Below the pieces are notes generated by a model that ran no database searches, was not told the DNA's origin, and saw only the letters and a list, made by a program, of their open reading frames with translations. Source: Sphyrna mokarran (taxonomy: Eukaryota). Taken from it: a DNA stretch of 64,000 bases. A program made the translations under genes and the position numbers. Position 1 is the stretch's first letter. Each line of letters starts with the position of its first letter. The stretch lies in NCBI GenBank assembly GCA_024679065.1, contig JAGIQG010000002.1:93620001-93684000 (forward strand). The letters are read 5' to 3'. Below, piece by piece: positions 25,680 to 39,403 of this stretch.

Positions 25680-26400
25680 GTGAGGAAGGCTATTCAGCCC
25701 ATTCATCCAGAAATATCCTCAGTCCCTCAACACATCATCCAACTGTTTCTTCTTACAATCCAGTTCTTTATTTAGAATGACAATTACTTTATCGCAACCT
25801 TAAATTTGCTCTTTGCTAGAATGAATCTTTATTTTAACATTAATGATCAGTTTTACTAAGTTTACCTTCTCACTGTTGTTTACCAACTGACATATTTCTG
25901 TGTCCATCTCTCAATCAAGGGTTTATCTCGTCCTCTAATTCTTTATTCCTCTAATGCAGGAGGCTAGCCTTGTGTTTTTTTTCCCTGCATTGTTTCTCAA
26001 ACTTGAATGTGCCTTGGTACCAATGCTAGACTCAGTAATGCAAGAATTGGTTTGGTCATACAAATTCATGGAGAACATATATTGTACAATTCTTTTGGAT
26101 CATAATCAGTTGTTATACTAATTTTCTTTTCTGTCACCATTCCATCCATTTACATATGTTATTCCAATTCATTTTAGTCTCTACAGACTCAACTGTCACA
26201 TCTGGGTTTGGTATCATCTGCAGATTTGACCAATTTGTATCAAACCTCTGAATCTAAGTAATTAATGTAAGTTTAAAAATAGCATAGATTGCAATAATAA
26301 ACCTTGGAGCACTCCACAACACTGTTTAGCAAACCCCTCCATCTCAACACCACTCTTCTAAGAAATAGTCACTGTTTTCAGTACCTTGGCCAACTTATCT
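25680..26400 (-). mobile_element. Old CR1-type LINE RT remnant
   Basis: ggtatcatctgcagatttgacc is the reverse of VKSADDT. Upstream acttgaatgtgccttggtacc resembles the 2110-2478 copy. Confidence 0.55.
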
Positions 26401-28184
26401 GTTAACAAGTATACTATGCAGCAATATATTTCTGATTAAAAAACATCCAAGTTTCACTTGAATTTGATTAATTGGCCCATGTCAGTTCTGACTCTGCTCG
26501 TTGTCCAAGTAACAGCAAAGATTGGAAAAGAATTTTTCACTAAAGCCAGACCCCTTAAAAAGAGGTGCTTTTTGTGTTGATTTTGCTGCAAGTTTATAAG
26601 ATAAAAAAGAATCCGTAGCAGATTGATTCTCTCTGCTATACGCAATACAATGTATAATGCCTGCTTTGGTGACTCATTGGTTGTAGTTATAACAATTGAA
26701 GCAGTAAATCAAGTAATGGATTTCCTAGTTCAATTTTAAAAAATAAACTCTGCTTGTTGCCTGCAATTTAATGCATTGATTTAAATAATGGCTTGGGCAG
26801 ATAGTGTATAAGATTCAAAGAATGTGAGATTCACCAGACGTGTTTCGATTTCTGCATTCTCCAAATATAAGCACAGTAAAAGAACGCACAGTGTTTTACT
26901 TACAAATACAATAGTTTTCGTTCTTTCTAGTTTTCTCCCCTTTCCTCCCTTTAGCTTGAAGTTTTCATCTAAATGGCAGCATGTAATGTTTCAGGTACTG
27001 GACATTATATGGTAATAGTATCAATTGACCATTCTTCGTATATGGGTTTTAAAAATGGGTGTCATAGGCTATTTCCTATGGACCTTCTTAGCTGAAAATG
27101 CCCAGGCACATGCAATTCCAGCAGGCATAACTAGATTGGGATAATCGAAACTGATGGCCAATTTTCCTCTCCCTTGTCCTTAGCTTGGTGAAGGGAAGGA
27201 GACTGAAAGACAGCTGGGAATGGTTGCAGGCTCAAAAGCATATGGATCATTGCAGAGCAGCAATCAAAATGTACAGAATACTGTGTTCCATCAGGAAACT
27301 AAATAGGGCAGAGTTTTATCAACTTTGCCCATGCCAAAACTGGGGCATCGTTGGGAACCCCAATGGTGAACGAGCGGGCTTTGCTGAAGCCTTTTGACTC
27401 TGCCATATCATTAGTCTCCAGGTTGGCCAACAGAATAAGAAGCAAGAGTTTAATGGTGCATCCACTCTGTTAGAGGAAGGATTTAATTAAAGGGACCATG
27501 GCATGGAACACAAGGACTCAAGAGCACTTTAGTTTTTGAAAAACAGAGAGAAAAATCTGGACAGGCTGCCCCTCACATGCATGTCAGTACTTTTCCTGCT
27601 TTAGACAAGAGGGAAATATCTCAATACTTCTCATAACGTGATTTATCTCCCTTCTTATAGCCAGTTATGTAGTGTAGCGTTCCTGAAGTCGGGTGGTGTT
27701 GAGTTGTTTTAACATCCAAATCCATAGGATGAGCATGTGGGGTTTTGATGTGAGTAAAAGCCCATCAGCTTTGAAGACCTTGGCTGGAATAGCATTGTGG
27801 CTGCAGGATTTGTTGTCTTTTATCCATCTGATTGCTTGTTGCAGCTATCCTGGTGAGGGTGGTTTGTATTCTATCGAAGGATACTGGGAGGTAGACTGAA
27901 GAGAATCAGCTACCATTGTCAATTCATGTTTGGGAAATTGTTCAAATTGTTTCTTCCAGTAGCGACAGATTATTTTGTCATCCTGAACGAGATAGGTATC
28001 ATCCTGTGAGCAAGGGGAGTTTTGTCCATTTGACCTCAGACTGTAGGTGGCCCTGGTGACTTCAAAAAAGCCTTTGCAAAAATAGGGCCAAAAGAGGAGG
28101 AAGTGAACAGCAGAAGCATGGTCTGATTACAGAACACTGAGAAGATCGAAGCACTCAGAAGGGTGGAAATGATGAGTTTTTCTT

Positions 28185-28546
28185 CCATTAGATGTGGGTG
28201 TTTCAGGCACAGCCATCCCTAATCATCCTTGGACTGGATGGCTTGCTCGGTCATTTCAGAGGGCAGTTAAAAGTCAACTAGATTGCTGTAAGTCTAAATT
28301 ACATGTAGACTAGATGAGGTAAGAACTGCAGATTTCCTTCCGTAAAGGCCATCAGTGAACCAGATGGATGTTTACAATAATCACTGCTGGTTTTATGGTC
28401 ACTGTTACAGAGACCAACTCTTCAATTTCAGATTTATTTATTGAATTTAAATTTCATCAGCTGTTGTGGTGGGATTTGAACCATGGCCCCAGAGAATTTG
28501 CCTGTACCTCTGGATTGTTGGTTGAGTAACATTACCACTACACCAG
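28185..28546 (-). mobile_element. tRNA-derived SINE of a second family, carrying the tail of the 6970-type LINE
   Basis: The minus strand begins tggtgtagtggtaatg (A box)...ggttcaaatcccacc (B box). The body is ccatctggttcactgatggcctttacggaaggaaatctgc and the tail is ttagggatgg...cccacatc. Confidence 0.8.
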
Positions 28547-30009
28547 TGTTTCCCCCAAGTGGCCTGAGTATCATTCTCAGACTTCCCCAGCATTTTCCTC
28601 ACAGTATGCCTTGGGGAGCCACACTTTGTAACTTCACTCATTCCTCTTTCTCCAGTCACGTCACATCTTCACCTGAGCAGCCGACACTCACATTCACCCT
28701 CAATTGATTGCTCTCAACAGTTACCCTCCACAAATATCGTGCATCCCTACTCGTCACACAAGACATGACACACCTCTGCATCTCACTATTTTCTCCTTGC
28801 AGAAGAGACCACTTGACGAGAGACAAAGACCCCTTGGGGTGGAGAGGGAATGGACGTTCAGTCAGCCTCCTTTCATCCACTGGCAATGCATGCCCAACTG
28901 ATCCAGTGAGAATGAGGCTTCCAGTAGGCTGAAGATGTCAGTAGAGACCCTGTGCCTTCTGATCCATGTAGGGAGACACCTGATCCTCTGCCGAGACATC
29001 TTGTTAAAGCGTCCCATCACCTTCCCAATAAATCTTTCCTTTTTCTGTGGAGGGTATGTGGTTGAGGAGAAGGAAGTTTGTGCTTTTTCTAATGTTACTC
29101 CTAATGGAACTACTGGTGGTGATTTGCCTTTTGTTGTTGCCCTCATCAGAGGTGCAAAGTGCAGGTATGTAAGCCCTACTCATGCTGTAGTAAAGGTTGA
29201 CAGCAGGAGGTGAATGAAGTCTGAGATCAGTCAGGTGCCTTCCAAATATTGGCACTCACCTGGCAAGTCATGATAGCACTCTCTGAGAGCACATTTTACG
29301 CACAGTAACCTCTCGCCTGGCCTTGGACTTGTCATTTTTACAAAAGAAGCTGTTTCTGCTGTACATTCGTCTCAGTTGCTGGCAGGTTGGGAAACAAATG
29401 CCTTGTTTGTTAAATGCAGAATTGAGAGTTGAAACAGTTCATAATTGGCTATTTACCATAATTACCTACAGAACAAATCCAAGGGGATTAACACCCTAAC
29501 GTACAAATGTCTATTTCATGTAGATCAGCATAGGCAAATGAAACCATTCTGTCCATTGAGAATAAATTCTCCTCTCATTCTCTCTCATCCAGAAAACTAT
29601 TCTAAATATTAATCTTTTTTGTTCAAAGAAGTGTTCCAGATCATCTTTAGGCATGAACTTGCTTTTTAATAGCATTTTCCTATTTTAATTTGAAATAGTG
29701 CTCAGGCTTAATCTTTTCTATTCCATGTTGGCATTTTGTATATCACCAATATCTTCTTTTCCCCAATTAAACTTTAAATAGTTCAAAATGTTTTCAGCAT
29801 TTAGCCTTTCTCTGCACCATTTCCGAGTGCCGAATGTTTTCATTTGTTTTGGTGACTAATAGTGCATGCAGGTAAACTGTCTTCAGCCGGCTTTTGTCTT
29901 GAGTCTTGTCATGAGGTAACAGTGGTTCATGAGAGTATATTAATGACATAGACTTGGGTTTGCAGGGCACAATTTCTAAAATTTGGAGCTGACACAAACT
30001 TTGGATGTA

Positions 30010-30250
30010 TTGTGAAAGGAGAGTACTTTAGAACAGACAGGTGGAATGGGTAGACATATAGTAGGATAAGACTTAATACAAAGGAGTGTGAAGTGATTCA
30101 TTAGAAAGATAAGCAATATAAAATAAAATGTACAGCTTGAAGTGGGGAGCAGGAACAGGGGCACCTGGAGATTTTGAAATCATTGGTGGCAGAGCAGAAT
30201 GAGGAAGTGATTAAGAAGCCATTTGGGATTCTGGACTTTATAAAGAGAAG
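30010..30250 (+). mobile_element. CR1 LINE RT C-terminal fragment
   Basis: W.D.W...N..KCEVIH and KKA.GIL.FI.R type motifs (gagtgtgaagtgattcatt; aagaagccatttgggattctggactttata). Confidence 0.65.
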
Positions 30251-33200
30251 CAAAGTTGCAAAGAATTCTTGTGGACTACACTGTGCAGTTGCTCCACTCG
30301 GCCTATGAGGAATCCTCACAAATAAAAATATTTACCTCAGTTAGCCACGAAGCATGAATTAACCATCAGGTCTTTTTGGATGTAGCATTGATCTGCACTT
30401 GCTTTGGATAGGAGATTCTCACTCATGCCTTTTTTGTGGTGATAAAAGTGGTTTCAAGTGGGGAAAAAAGTTTGAATCCTTCCCCACTCTAGCCCCGGTT
30501 GAAACTTTATTAACTTGCCAGCTCCATTCATGCTAGAGCTGGGCTAAAACCTTCCAGTTTATCCAGCCTGCCAATCTGTTTGTAAAGCATCACAGTATTA
30601 TAATGATAAATATTAATTTAGATAATTCACAATTGCAGCAAAATATCTTAAAAATGCATCATATAATTACTTTTGGAGGGCAGTATTTGGTCTTGTGTTG
30701 GCAAATTTTGGAGTACTATGTGCCACTAAAATTCCACAAAAAGTTTTTAAATATTTTTTGATTGGTAGTGATGGCTGAAAGAGGAATGTTAGGCTCGATA
30801 CTGGAAAAATTCATTGCTGTTCTCATCATGCCAGTGAATGTTTAGTCAGCCTGAATCACTGGAATAGGCCAACGGGATCTCAATTTAATGTCTCAGGCTT
30901 AAGCTTCATTGGTGTCGTTGCGATGGAGTCTCTATAATTGGCAAGAGGCAGTATTCATTGCAAAAACAATTCCATAGAATCAAATAACTTTACATCAATG
31001 CAATAAAGACAAGCATAACTGAGATCTTTTTGGGGAGCTTTTGTTAAAATGTTACAAGTTTTACTTAGAATAGAATCATAATCATCATGATTTGGGTCAA
31101 GGGATAAAGAATACAACTAATTTCACCCCTCTAACTTTCTCCCATCCCATTGGCAATTGAATTGATGCAACAAGAATTTGTGATTTTGCATTATACTGAA
31201 AAATTGGAGTTCTAAATCAGCTTGGTAAGTTAAATATGATAAAGTCCTCTGCCATTCACATGCAACATCCTTAATCACATATTCGCTTACCCAAGCTAAA
31301 GCCTTTGCACACCAGATAACCCATTGCGGGCTCAATTATTCACATATCAATGGTTGCAAACATTTTAAAAACAACTTTAGAAAATGCCAAAAAAAATGTC
31401 TAAATGAAATTTTAAATGCCTTTTTTAATGCAAATTGCCTGCTACATATTGCCTGTAATGGAGAATGTGCAGAGCTGCACGTACATATTCTGTTATTGGT
31501 TGCATGTAGGTGTTCCTTGTTACTGTTTCTGCTTTTGTTTGCACATTTACGCACTCGAGTAAAGTATTTTACCACACATCAGCACTGAAGTGTTGTTAAT
31601 TTGACAAAACATTAAATATTTTTATCATTTAATTTCCTGTTCATTGTGCTAACCAGTTTCTAAGCTCAGTTCACATCCTCTGTGTTAAACATGATAGCTG
31701 AGGGTTTAAAGTTTTGCTGTTGGAAACGCCTGGTGCTCCATAAACTGAAAATGTAGATTTATTTGTATTCAAGCTAAATGTCAATTGTCAATGAAATATT
31801 TCTGAATGATGGTGACCTTCTACTTTGAGGTTGCATTTGCCAGTCTCCAGATAGTCATACTTCAGGCTATATCTTGTATTGAAAAACTCTTTGTGAGACC
31901 AATAAACAGAATGGATTGTCGTTGGTCACATTGGATTGGAAAATGATCCTCCTTTGTGATATATCCTGTAAATGACTTTCTCTAATGGTATGAGTGGGAA
32001 TATCCATAGTGATTGAATGTCACTGAAACAATGCCCTGAAGCAGTTTATTTGTAGATTAAAGTTCTTCCCTTTAAATGTTCTATTTTCACTTGGAGACTT
32101 GGAGCTTCAAGACAAAAGATTGTTAAACACAACTGAAAACCACGACAAGTTCCTCTTAAAGTGAACAGTGTTTCTTGTACTCACCTCACTTTTAGGTACT
32201 CCATATTTAGAATGTCACTTTAAATTGCCTACTTCAGAACAAGCTGCTGTTGGATCAGTTGAGTTATTTAAATGCAAACCAAAGTTATATTGTGCTATAT
32301 TTTCAGATATATAAACAAAAAATATTCAAACGGCCTCATAATTATAGAATGAATGATCACATGTAATAATAATATGGGACTGATTTTAGCTTTCCACTCT
32401 CGCCAAGCAAGAACAATGCTTGGGAGGGGTTAACATTGACTAAATCTACTTTTCGAGCTAAGGTCACTCAATTCCTGCCTGCTGCCATTTAATTTTTTCT
32501 GACTTTCCAGTCAGATGATGATCCAGTTATAGGCAGGTGAGGTCTAATAGAAATATAACAGAATAGCCTGATAATGCTGCAACACTAACTTCAGTGTAAC
32601 TGGAAAGACAGTCTGGCTATCGAGAGGCAGAAGAGATCATGGTAAGTTTTATTTTTCACTGTTCAAGAGGATCCCTTGAGGGCTAGGCAGAGCAAGATTT
32701 CTCTTTTGGTCCCCAGATAAAATCCATGGGCCTTCTCAGGACCCCAGTTTCTCTCTTTCTTTGCACCTGTTTGTATCTGCACAAATACCCCATGCCTTGC
32801 AATTGCCTAATAGGGAGGATTGTTCCCTTGTTCCCCCTGCCTGGTATGTGTTTCCCTCTGGTATGTGGCTCCCACTCTAGCCCACCAGCCCTGACAGTCA
32901 TTGCCATCAGCATTTGATAGGGATAGGTATGAAAAAGTCAAAGTTATTGTGTCACTCAGTGAAGATTAGAAATGATCCCTGGATCAGGCTCAGTTGAATG
33001 AAATATCTTAACTAGAATGTTATGTATTCTTGCATGGATAGCATAATTATTCCATTGGAGGATATCAGTCTGAAAGAGTCTTATCTGTCTATACAATGCA
33101 GGTATGAATGAATGAATCACACATTGTTGGATGATAGTTTTTCTGCCTAGCTGATCCATTAAAACAAGCTTTACTTCAGTATGAAAATGCATTGGCGTTG

Positions 33201-34783
33201 CAGCAGAGAAAATATCAAGAAATATTTGAAGTTAATTAAAAAGAAATACCTGAAATATTCAAGTAACGAGGGAGACTTACAAGTAAGGGTTAACTAACCA
33301 TTGCTGAATTTGAAAAGTAAGTTTGTGCATTGGAGCGACTTATAAAATTTCAGCAGCAGGTAATTAAGAAACAAAATTGAAAACACTGCCTCTAGAAAAA
33401 CAACTCAGAAGAATGTAGAAGAACATGCCAATATTTTCCTCTGCTTGTGGTGAATGAAGATTATCCCCATTGGAAAATTATTATCATGGTTTCCACCGCT
33501 GTTCGTCAATAGTGTTAGATGTCATGTATGGCTATGACCATATTGTTGCATTATTCACTTGTCATTTAAATTATATTGATCTCTTCTCCACTTCCCTGTT
33601 TTCCAGATTAGATGTATATGCATATACATCTATTTTGACACCCAAACTAAAACTGAAATACCATTTGCTGCATTACTCTTCTAAATGTATTGCAGGCTTT
33701 AATCTCCGATTGAGATTGTGGCCTTGATTTTGAGTCAGAATGATTCCACAGCCATTTAAAAATATTGGGTGGATCCAAATTCCAGGATTCCAGAGAGGCC
33801 AGTGATGCAGGATAAGCATGTGGGTAGTGAGCCCACATTTTGCACTCTCGACCTAGCCTGCTTATTGCATCTCCTAGCTCCTCCACAATTTTTGCAGTCA
33901 AGCGTGCTTCTCTATGATTCATGACTCACAGCCACTCAGAGGAGTCTTGAGCCATCAGGAACCTTTTGAAAGGGAGCTGTAAAAATGTCTTACGCATGCC
34001 CCACGCCTCCTCCATTCCATCTCAGTGCCACCTCCATGGTCCCTCAAACTCTCCGTGCCAATTTAATGTCAACTTCTGAATCTTCCATGGTCATCCAACC
34101 AGTATACAGTATAGACAGACCAATAAGCCATACAAAAGCTATGGCAAGTGCAGAACTGCTGAGGCCAAAAAAAAAACTTAATTTCACAAATCTTCTTTTG
34201 AAAAAAAACTTGTTCATGCAACCCTATAAAAACATCACTTAGATAGACCATTAAAGTATGAAGACAGAGATTTCAAAAATTTCACACCTCTGCATCTTCT
34301 CCAAATAAATAGAGACATTGACAACAAAGATCAAGGAAGAACAACTTATTACAACAATCAAGGTCAATCAAGCAAAGTCAACAATTCACTTCAGTTGTCA
34401 AAACAAAACTTCCTGCTGATCTAGTGCTTTGCTTGGTCTGAGCTCACAACTGAGTATCATTATGCATGTTGTAGGAACTGCAGCTTTTATTCAAAAAGAT
34501 ATTTGTGAATGGGTGAATTGGCACTGAGTTTGTTTGGAAGTTATCAGAGATCTTAGGGTGGGAGATGGTAATGAGGGCTAGAGAGCCTTAATTATTCTAA
34601 CACACATGGGACAAAGTAGCTGCTAATGTCAGCGGGCCCCACTCCAACCTGCATCTACCCTTCTGAGCAAAAGTTTTACCATTGTGGGTCTGACCAGTCA
34701 GTAGCCAGAAACCAGCCTTGTGTTTCAGTTTGATGCTAATTGAATCTAAAATAACATTACTTTCCAAGAATGAATAAAAATAT

Positions 34784-34920
34784 AGGGTGGGATTTTAGCG
34801 GCCGTTCGTGCCACACCCCCACTGTAGCAAAGCCAGAGAATTTGGCACCCAGCCAAATCTCCGTTCACTGCAGTGGGATGGGAAAATCCCACTGGTATGA
34901 ATGGCTGGAATATTCTGGCC
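34784..34920. mobile_element. Short TIR MITE, PIF/Harbinger-like
   Basis: gggtgggattttagcggccgttc ... gaatggctggaatattctggcc, imperfect terminal inverted repeats. Its body is similar to 47834-47962. Confidence 0.65.
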
Positions 34921-36739
34921 TGAGTATTTCTGTAGCAGGGCATCCATTGTGAAACAAAATCATCTCCTACTTCATCCTCCCCATCTGATTCTTTTGGAGG
35001 CAAAACATGATATAAGGGGACGTGATTGGTTGAGTATTTCGTCTGTCGACATAATTGGCTCCGTTTTATCATGTAACATTGTATATTCTGAAAAAATGGG
35101 CCAAAGTATGGAAGTAAATTCCAAAAAGAGACTAAATAAGAAATTTAAAGATGAATTCCTTTCAAACTCCTGTAGACTTTGCCGTGTAATACATGTTAGA
35201 AAGTTATGGTGCGGAGATGTTGCATGAGACCACCACCAGTTAGCTGAAGGAAACAGGAAAGAATGATGGTAGCTGACTACGCTTATCATGAAACCTGAAA
35301 ATCCTGCTGGAAGCTAATGGACCTTTCTGTGGTTTTCCTCTTGCCACTACGATCCCCGTGATGGGAAGAATGGGAAAATTTGCCCTTGTATATTATGCCT
35401 GACTATACAACAATAGCTGATATTTATATAGTTCCTTTATTAGAATAAAAGTGGGGGGTGGTGGGGTGGGTGGTGGAGGAGCAATGGGTGAGAACATGGA
35501 TGGATTTTAAAATAAGGAAGAATATTTCAAGATGGAAACTTTGCTAGATTATGAGCCTATGTAGGTCAGCAAGCAAAGTAATTGCTCTGAGTTAAGATGC
35601 AGGCAACTTATGAAAGATTGAATGTTGAAAGATTGGTTGATTTTGGGCATGGAATGCAACTTGAATAAGCAGTGGACAAGATGTGCTGTGCCTGCCCCAT
35701 GATACCTGTAGAACTCATCAATTTAGTGGTCCAGCCCTATTTCAATAGGACAGGTGAACTGTCAGTATGAAGTGCGCTGTTTGCAAACAGCTCATTGTAT
35801 GAGAAGACAGCAATCCTTTGCTGAAGACATTCGCTGTGCTATCATTACAGCAGAGCTTTTAAAGGAGAGGAGTTGAAGTATTCAGGGTTAAACAGAGCAT
35901 TGAAACTTTTATCCATAAAACATTTTTTAATCACACATTGCAGCAAGGAGATGCACTTATGGGAAGCCTTTAATACTTAAAACATTCAAGAAACAGATGC
36001 AAAAATGAAAAGCTTCAGTTCCTGGAACTTCCCTGGGTGCAAATAAAGATCCCTCTATACTCTATAGAGCTGTCTGTTCAGCATTACTGCCATTGGTTGA
36101 TGAGGAGTTGGGGAAGGAGTAGTGGTTGCAATAAATTATGTTGGGCATTCTGGCAATAAGAGTTGACCCCTATTTGCATATGTTTATCAGATCCCTTCCT
36201 GTTTTTGGCAGGAATACTGGCCACCAAACAGAAATCCCTGACTAATAAAATGAGAGGACCTCAAGAGGTGAGGACTCCAGTAGTGAGTTGGCTCCACTGA
36301 GCATTGTTTAGTGTTTAGAAAGCTTATTGTAACTTGTTAGCTGGTTTAATAATAAGAAATCAAGCTTGATGTTCTCACCAAGGCATTGGGATGTGTGATG
36401 TTAATATCAAAAATGTGTCCATTTCAATATGACAAAGTTGTGTTGTTTATCTTGTTTAGCTTGCCATAACTCCACCTCAAAGTGAGAGGATTGCATTTGT
36501 ATATAGAGAGATTATTGCACATCAATAACTGTTTTTTAAATTATCCTCTTTAATAAAGGACAGTCACCCAAATAATAAAACATTAATTTATGCTTGTGAT
36601 TTCTTCCCACATGGCCAGTTGTTTGAGGTGAAGTTTTAAGTGAAAGCTAGCTGCCTCCCCAAGGGCCTGTGGTAAAAATTAGAGCCCGCGTCATTTCGGA
36701 GTTGCACTGCTGTGCTGACTCTAGAGTTGTTTCTTGGCA

Positions 36740-36888
36740 GAGGTCTGGAGGAAATTAGCCACCAGTCAGGTGTAGGGTGCACTCACCCCAAGGATGGAAA
36801 ATCCTGCCCCACGTGAATGGACCTTTGCGTGGTCCATGCCCTGTTTGCTATGATTCCCATGGCAAGTGTGACAAGAAAATTCCACCTG
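36740..36888. mobile_element. Short TIR MITE
   Basis: gaaaatcctgcc...aatggacctttgcgtggtcc...gattcccatggc...gaaaattccacc. The same core is at 35295-35385. Confidence 0.6.
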
Positions 36889-38234
36889 TATTGCAAAATT
36901 ACAGAAGCCATTAAACACATAGGCATAAAAACAGAGTTCACAAATGTTCCATAGAATTTAATTGCAGGTCTCCCTTTAAAATGGGCTCCAGACCGCAGGT
37001 AGCCTGATTCACAGGCTAGAGACGTTTAAGGAGGGAAGGTTGCTTCACAGGATCAAATCCCTAAGACAACAGAAAATGTGTTGAAGACCGCTGTAGGGCA
37101 GCCTCAGTCGAGGAGCGGTGCTGTGCAATGGTGATCTAGAGGTTCCTGATTACTGGGGCAAGCTTTGATGGTGTTTGATGGACTAGCTGATAGTGTTGGT
37201 GGGAATAAAGAGGTGAGAGCTGATAGTTTGTGAGAAAAGCTGGGGTGTTTACAGATGAGCTTATAGTGCCAGCAGGAAACACTCCAGCTCCTCCTGACCC
37301 AGAAGCAGTGCTATAAAGGAACTTAAGGATTCAACTCCTCTTACCTCTTTTTGTTACTGAGTTTCCCAATTCCTGAGGAAACCTGGCCACCTATAGTTTA
37401 GAATAGAATGATGGTTAAATGGAAGGTAGATGACCTTATTATAATATTGAAATGGCCAACCCCCAAATAAACCCACCACCTCATCCTGCTGCCGTTAAAA
37501 CTGACACTAAACAGGTTCAGTTCCTGTTCCAGATCTTTTGCATTTAAATCTCTGACACCATCTCAATCCACCTTTTTTTTTAGGATTTAGAATTCAGCCA
37601 ATAACTAGAGCATTATAAGCATTTTATTATCTCCTATGGTTTGGCCTTTTGCAAAGAGAACAACTTTGTGAGATGGCACAGTCCCATTAATTGGGCTGAA
37701 GGCCCCTGGAAAGAATGTAATCAAGTCAAAATATCTGATATTATCAGCACAATTTAAATAGTTTGTGCCTTTTATTCAACAGTTTGTTGCCTGCTTTATC
37801 AATCTAATCTTTTTCTTTCTGTTCTTGTTCTCTTTTTATCACTTTCTGTTCAGTAAATTTATTTGTACATCTAAGCTGTTGCAGTTGCTTCTGGTGTTTT
37901 TGTTAGTAGTGGAGCACCATTATATACAATGACAGCAACAGCTTGTATTTACGTAACACATTTGACATAGCAAAATATCCTTAGGCAAACCAGCTGCCCT
38001 GTCTATATCAGAAAATGTGCTCCTCGAGTAAACGTTTAATAATGGTGAGAGGGAACACAGCAGAGAAATTTAAGGAGTGGATTTCAGGGCAGATAGGCCA
38101 AATTTTCACCTTTGAGATTGGAAGGTAGACTTCAGAAATCTCTTGACTCAGCAGGTTCACCTCTATGGAAATGCTCAATTTGTTCTGTTGGGTGAGGGTG
38201 TGGCCAAATTGGGCCCACCACCTCCAGAGGTATT

Positions 38235-38615
38235 CGGAAGCAGTCGCTGGATATTGATCAGGTCATGCTGCATTTGGACATAGACTGCTTCAGTATCTGA
38301 GGAGTCATGAATGATGCTGAACGTTGTGCATTTGTCAGTGACCATGCCACTCTGATCTTACAATGGAAGGAAGGTCATTGATTATGTAACTGAAGATGGT
38401 TGACCCCAGGGCACTATCCTGAGAAAATCCTGTAGTGATGTCCTGGAGCAGAGATGATTGACTTCCAACAACCACAACCGTCTTCCTTTGTGCCAGGAAT
38501 AAATCCAAGCAATGGAGGGTTTTCCCCTTGATTCCCATTAACTCTGATTTTGTCACAGCTCCTTGATAGTTGGGCTCATGCAATCTTAATGCCAAGGGCA
38601 GTCTCTCTCACCTCA
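38235..38615 (-). mobile_element. LINE RT fragment (CR1/L2 group)
   Basis: ORF 38335-38595 contains QRKTVVVVGSQSS..ITTGFSQDSALGSTIFSYIINDLPS, a degenerate GVPQGSVLGP..F..FINDLP motif. Confidence 0.85.
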
Positions 38616-38884
38616 TCGAATGCGTATTGGGTGAGTGACTATGGAAATTATGGAGGGAAGGGGGCATAAAAGTGGCATAAGATGGCATGGGTGTGGGTGG
38701 GGTATAAAGCGGGAGGTTTTGGTACCTTTAAAATTTTGAGAGCTGTTAATACTGTATTGGAGAGCTGTGATGGGCCTTTTAGCTTCTACATTCACACTCC
38801 TGACATATACTCCAGCGCAACTTACAAACTGCATTGCAAACCCGACTCCGGAATGGAAAATCTAAAATAATGTGCAAAGTCATA

Positions 38885-39090
38885 CATGGGTCAGGTGTGC
38901 AGTTTGCGAGCTGTAATTGTGCACAGATCAGATTTACCCAAGCCTACGGAAAGATTTAGATCCTTGCAATCATTATGCTCCCTTATTTTTGACTCAATCC
39001 TTCTCCAGAGGAAATATTTTCTATCAGCCCTGCCAGTTCCTTTAATCATCCACAACACCTCAATTAGTTTAACCCTTAATCTTCTATACA
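38885..39090 (-). mobile_element. CR1 LINE C-terminal fragment
   Basis: Translates RRLRVKLIEVLWMIKGTGRADRKYF, a CR1 RRLRGDLIEV.KI.KG.DRVD motif. Confidence 0.75.
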
Positions 39091-39099
39091 CAAAGAAAT

Positions 39100-39403
39100 G
39101 GAGTGGCACAGTAGTTAGTACGGCTGTCACACAGCAGGTTCGATTGCTGGCTTAGATCAGTTTCTTTTCTGGAATTTGCATATTCTCCCTGTGACTGCAT
39201 GGGTTTTCCCCAGATGCTCGGGTTTCTTCCCACAGTCCAAAGATGTGTGGGTTAGGTTGATTGGCCATGCTACATGCCCCTTAGTGTCAGGGGGACTGGG
39301 AGGGTAAATGCATGGGATTCTGGGGATAGGGCCTGGGTGGGATTGTGGTAGGTGCAGACTTGATGGACCAAACTGATCTCTTTCTGCACTGTAGGGATTC
39401 TAT
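39100..39403 (+). mobile_element. HE1-like V-SINE, tail type A
   Basis: gtggcacagtagttag head, V-domain and tail ttctgcactgtagggattcta. Confidence 0.88.

Noticed and set aside
28560-29330. Overlapping ORFs as a Harbinger transposase or gene
   Set aside because: Probably a TE remnant, but no unambiguous catalytic motif could be read.
35451-35480. Functional G-quadruplex
   Set aside because: A short G-rich run at the edge of decayed repeat sequence, common in these genomes, with no other support.
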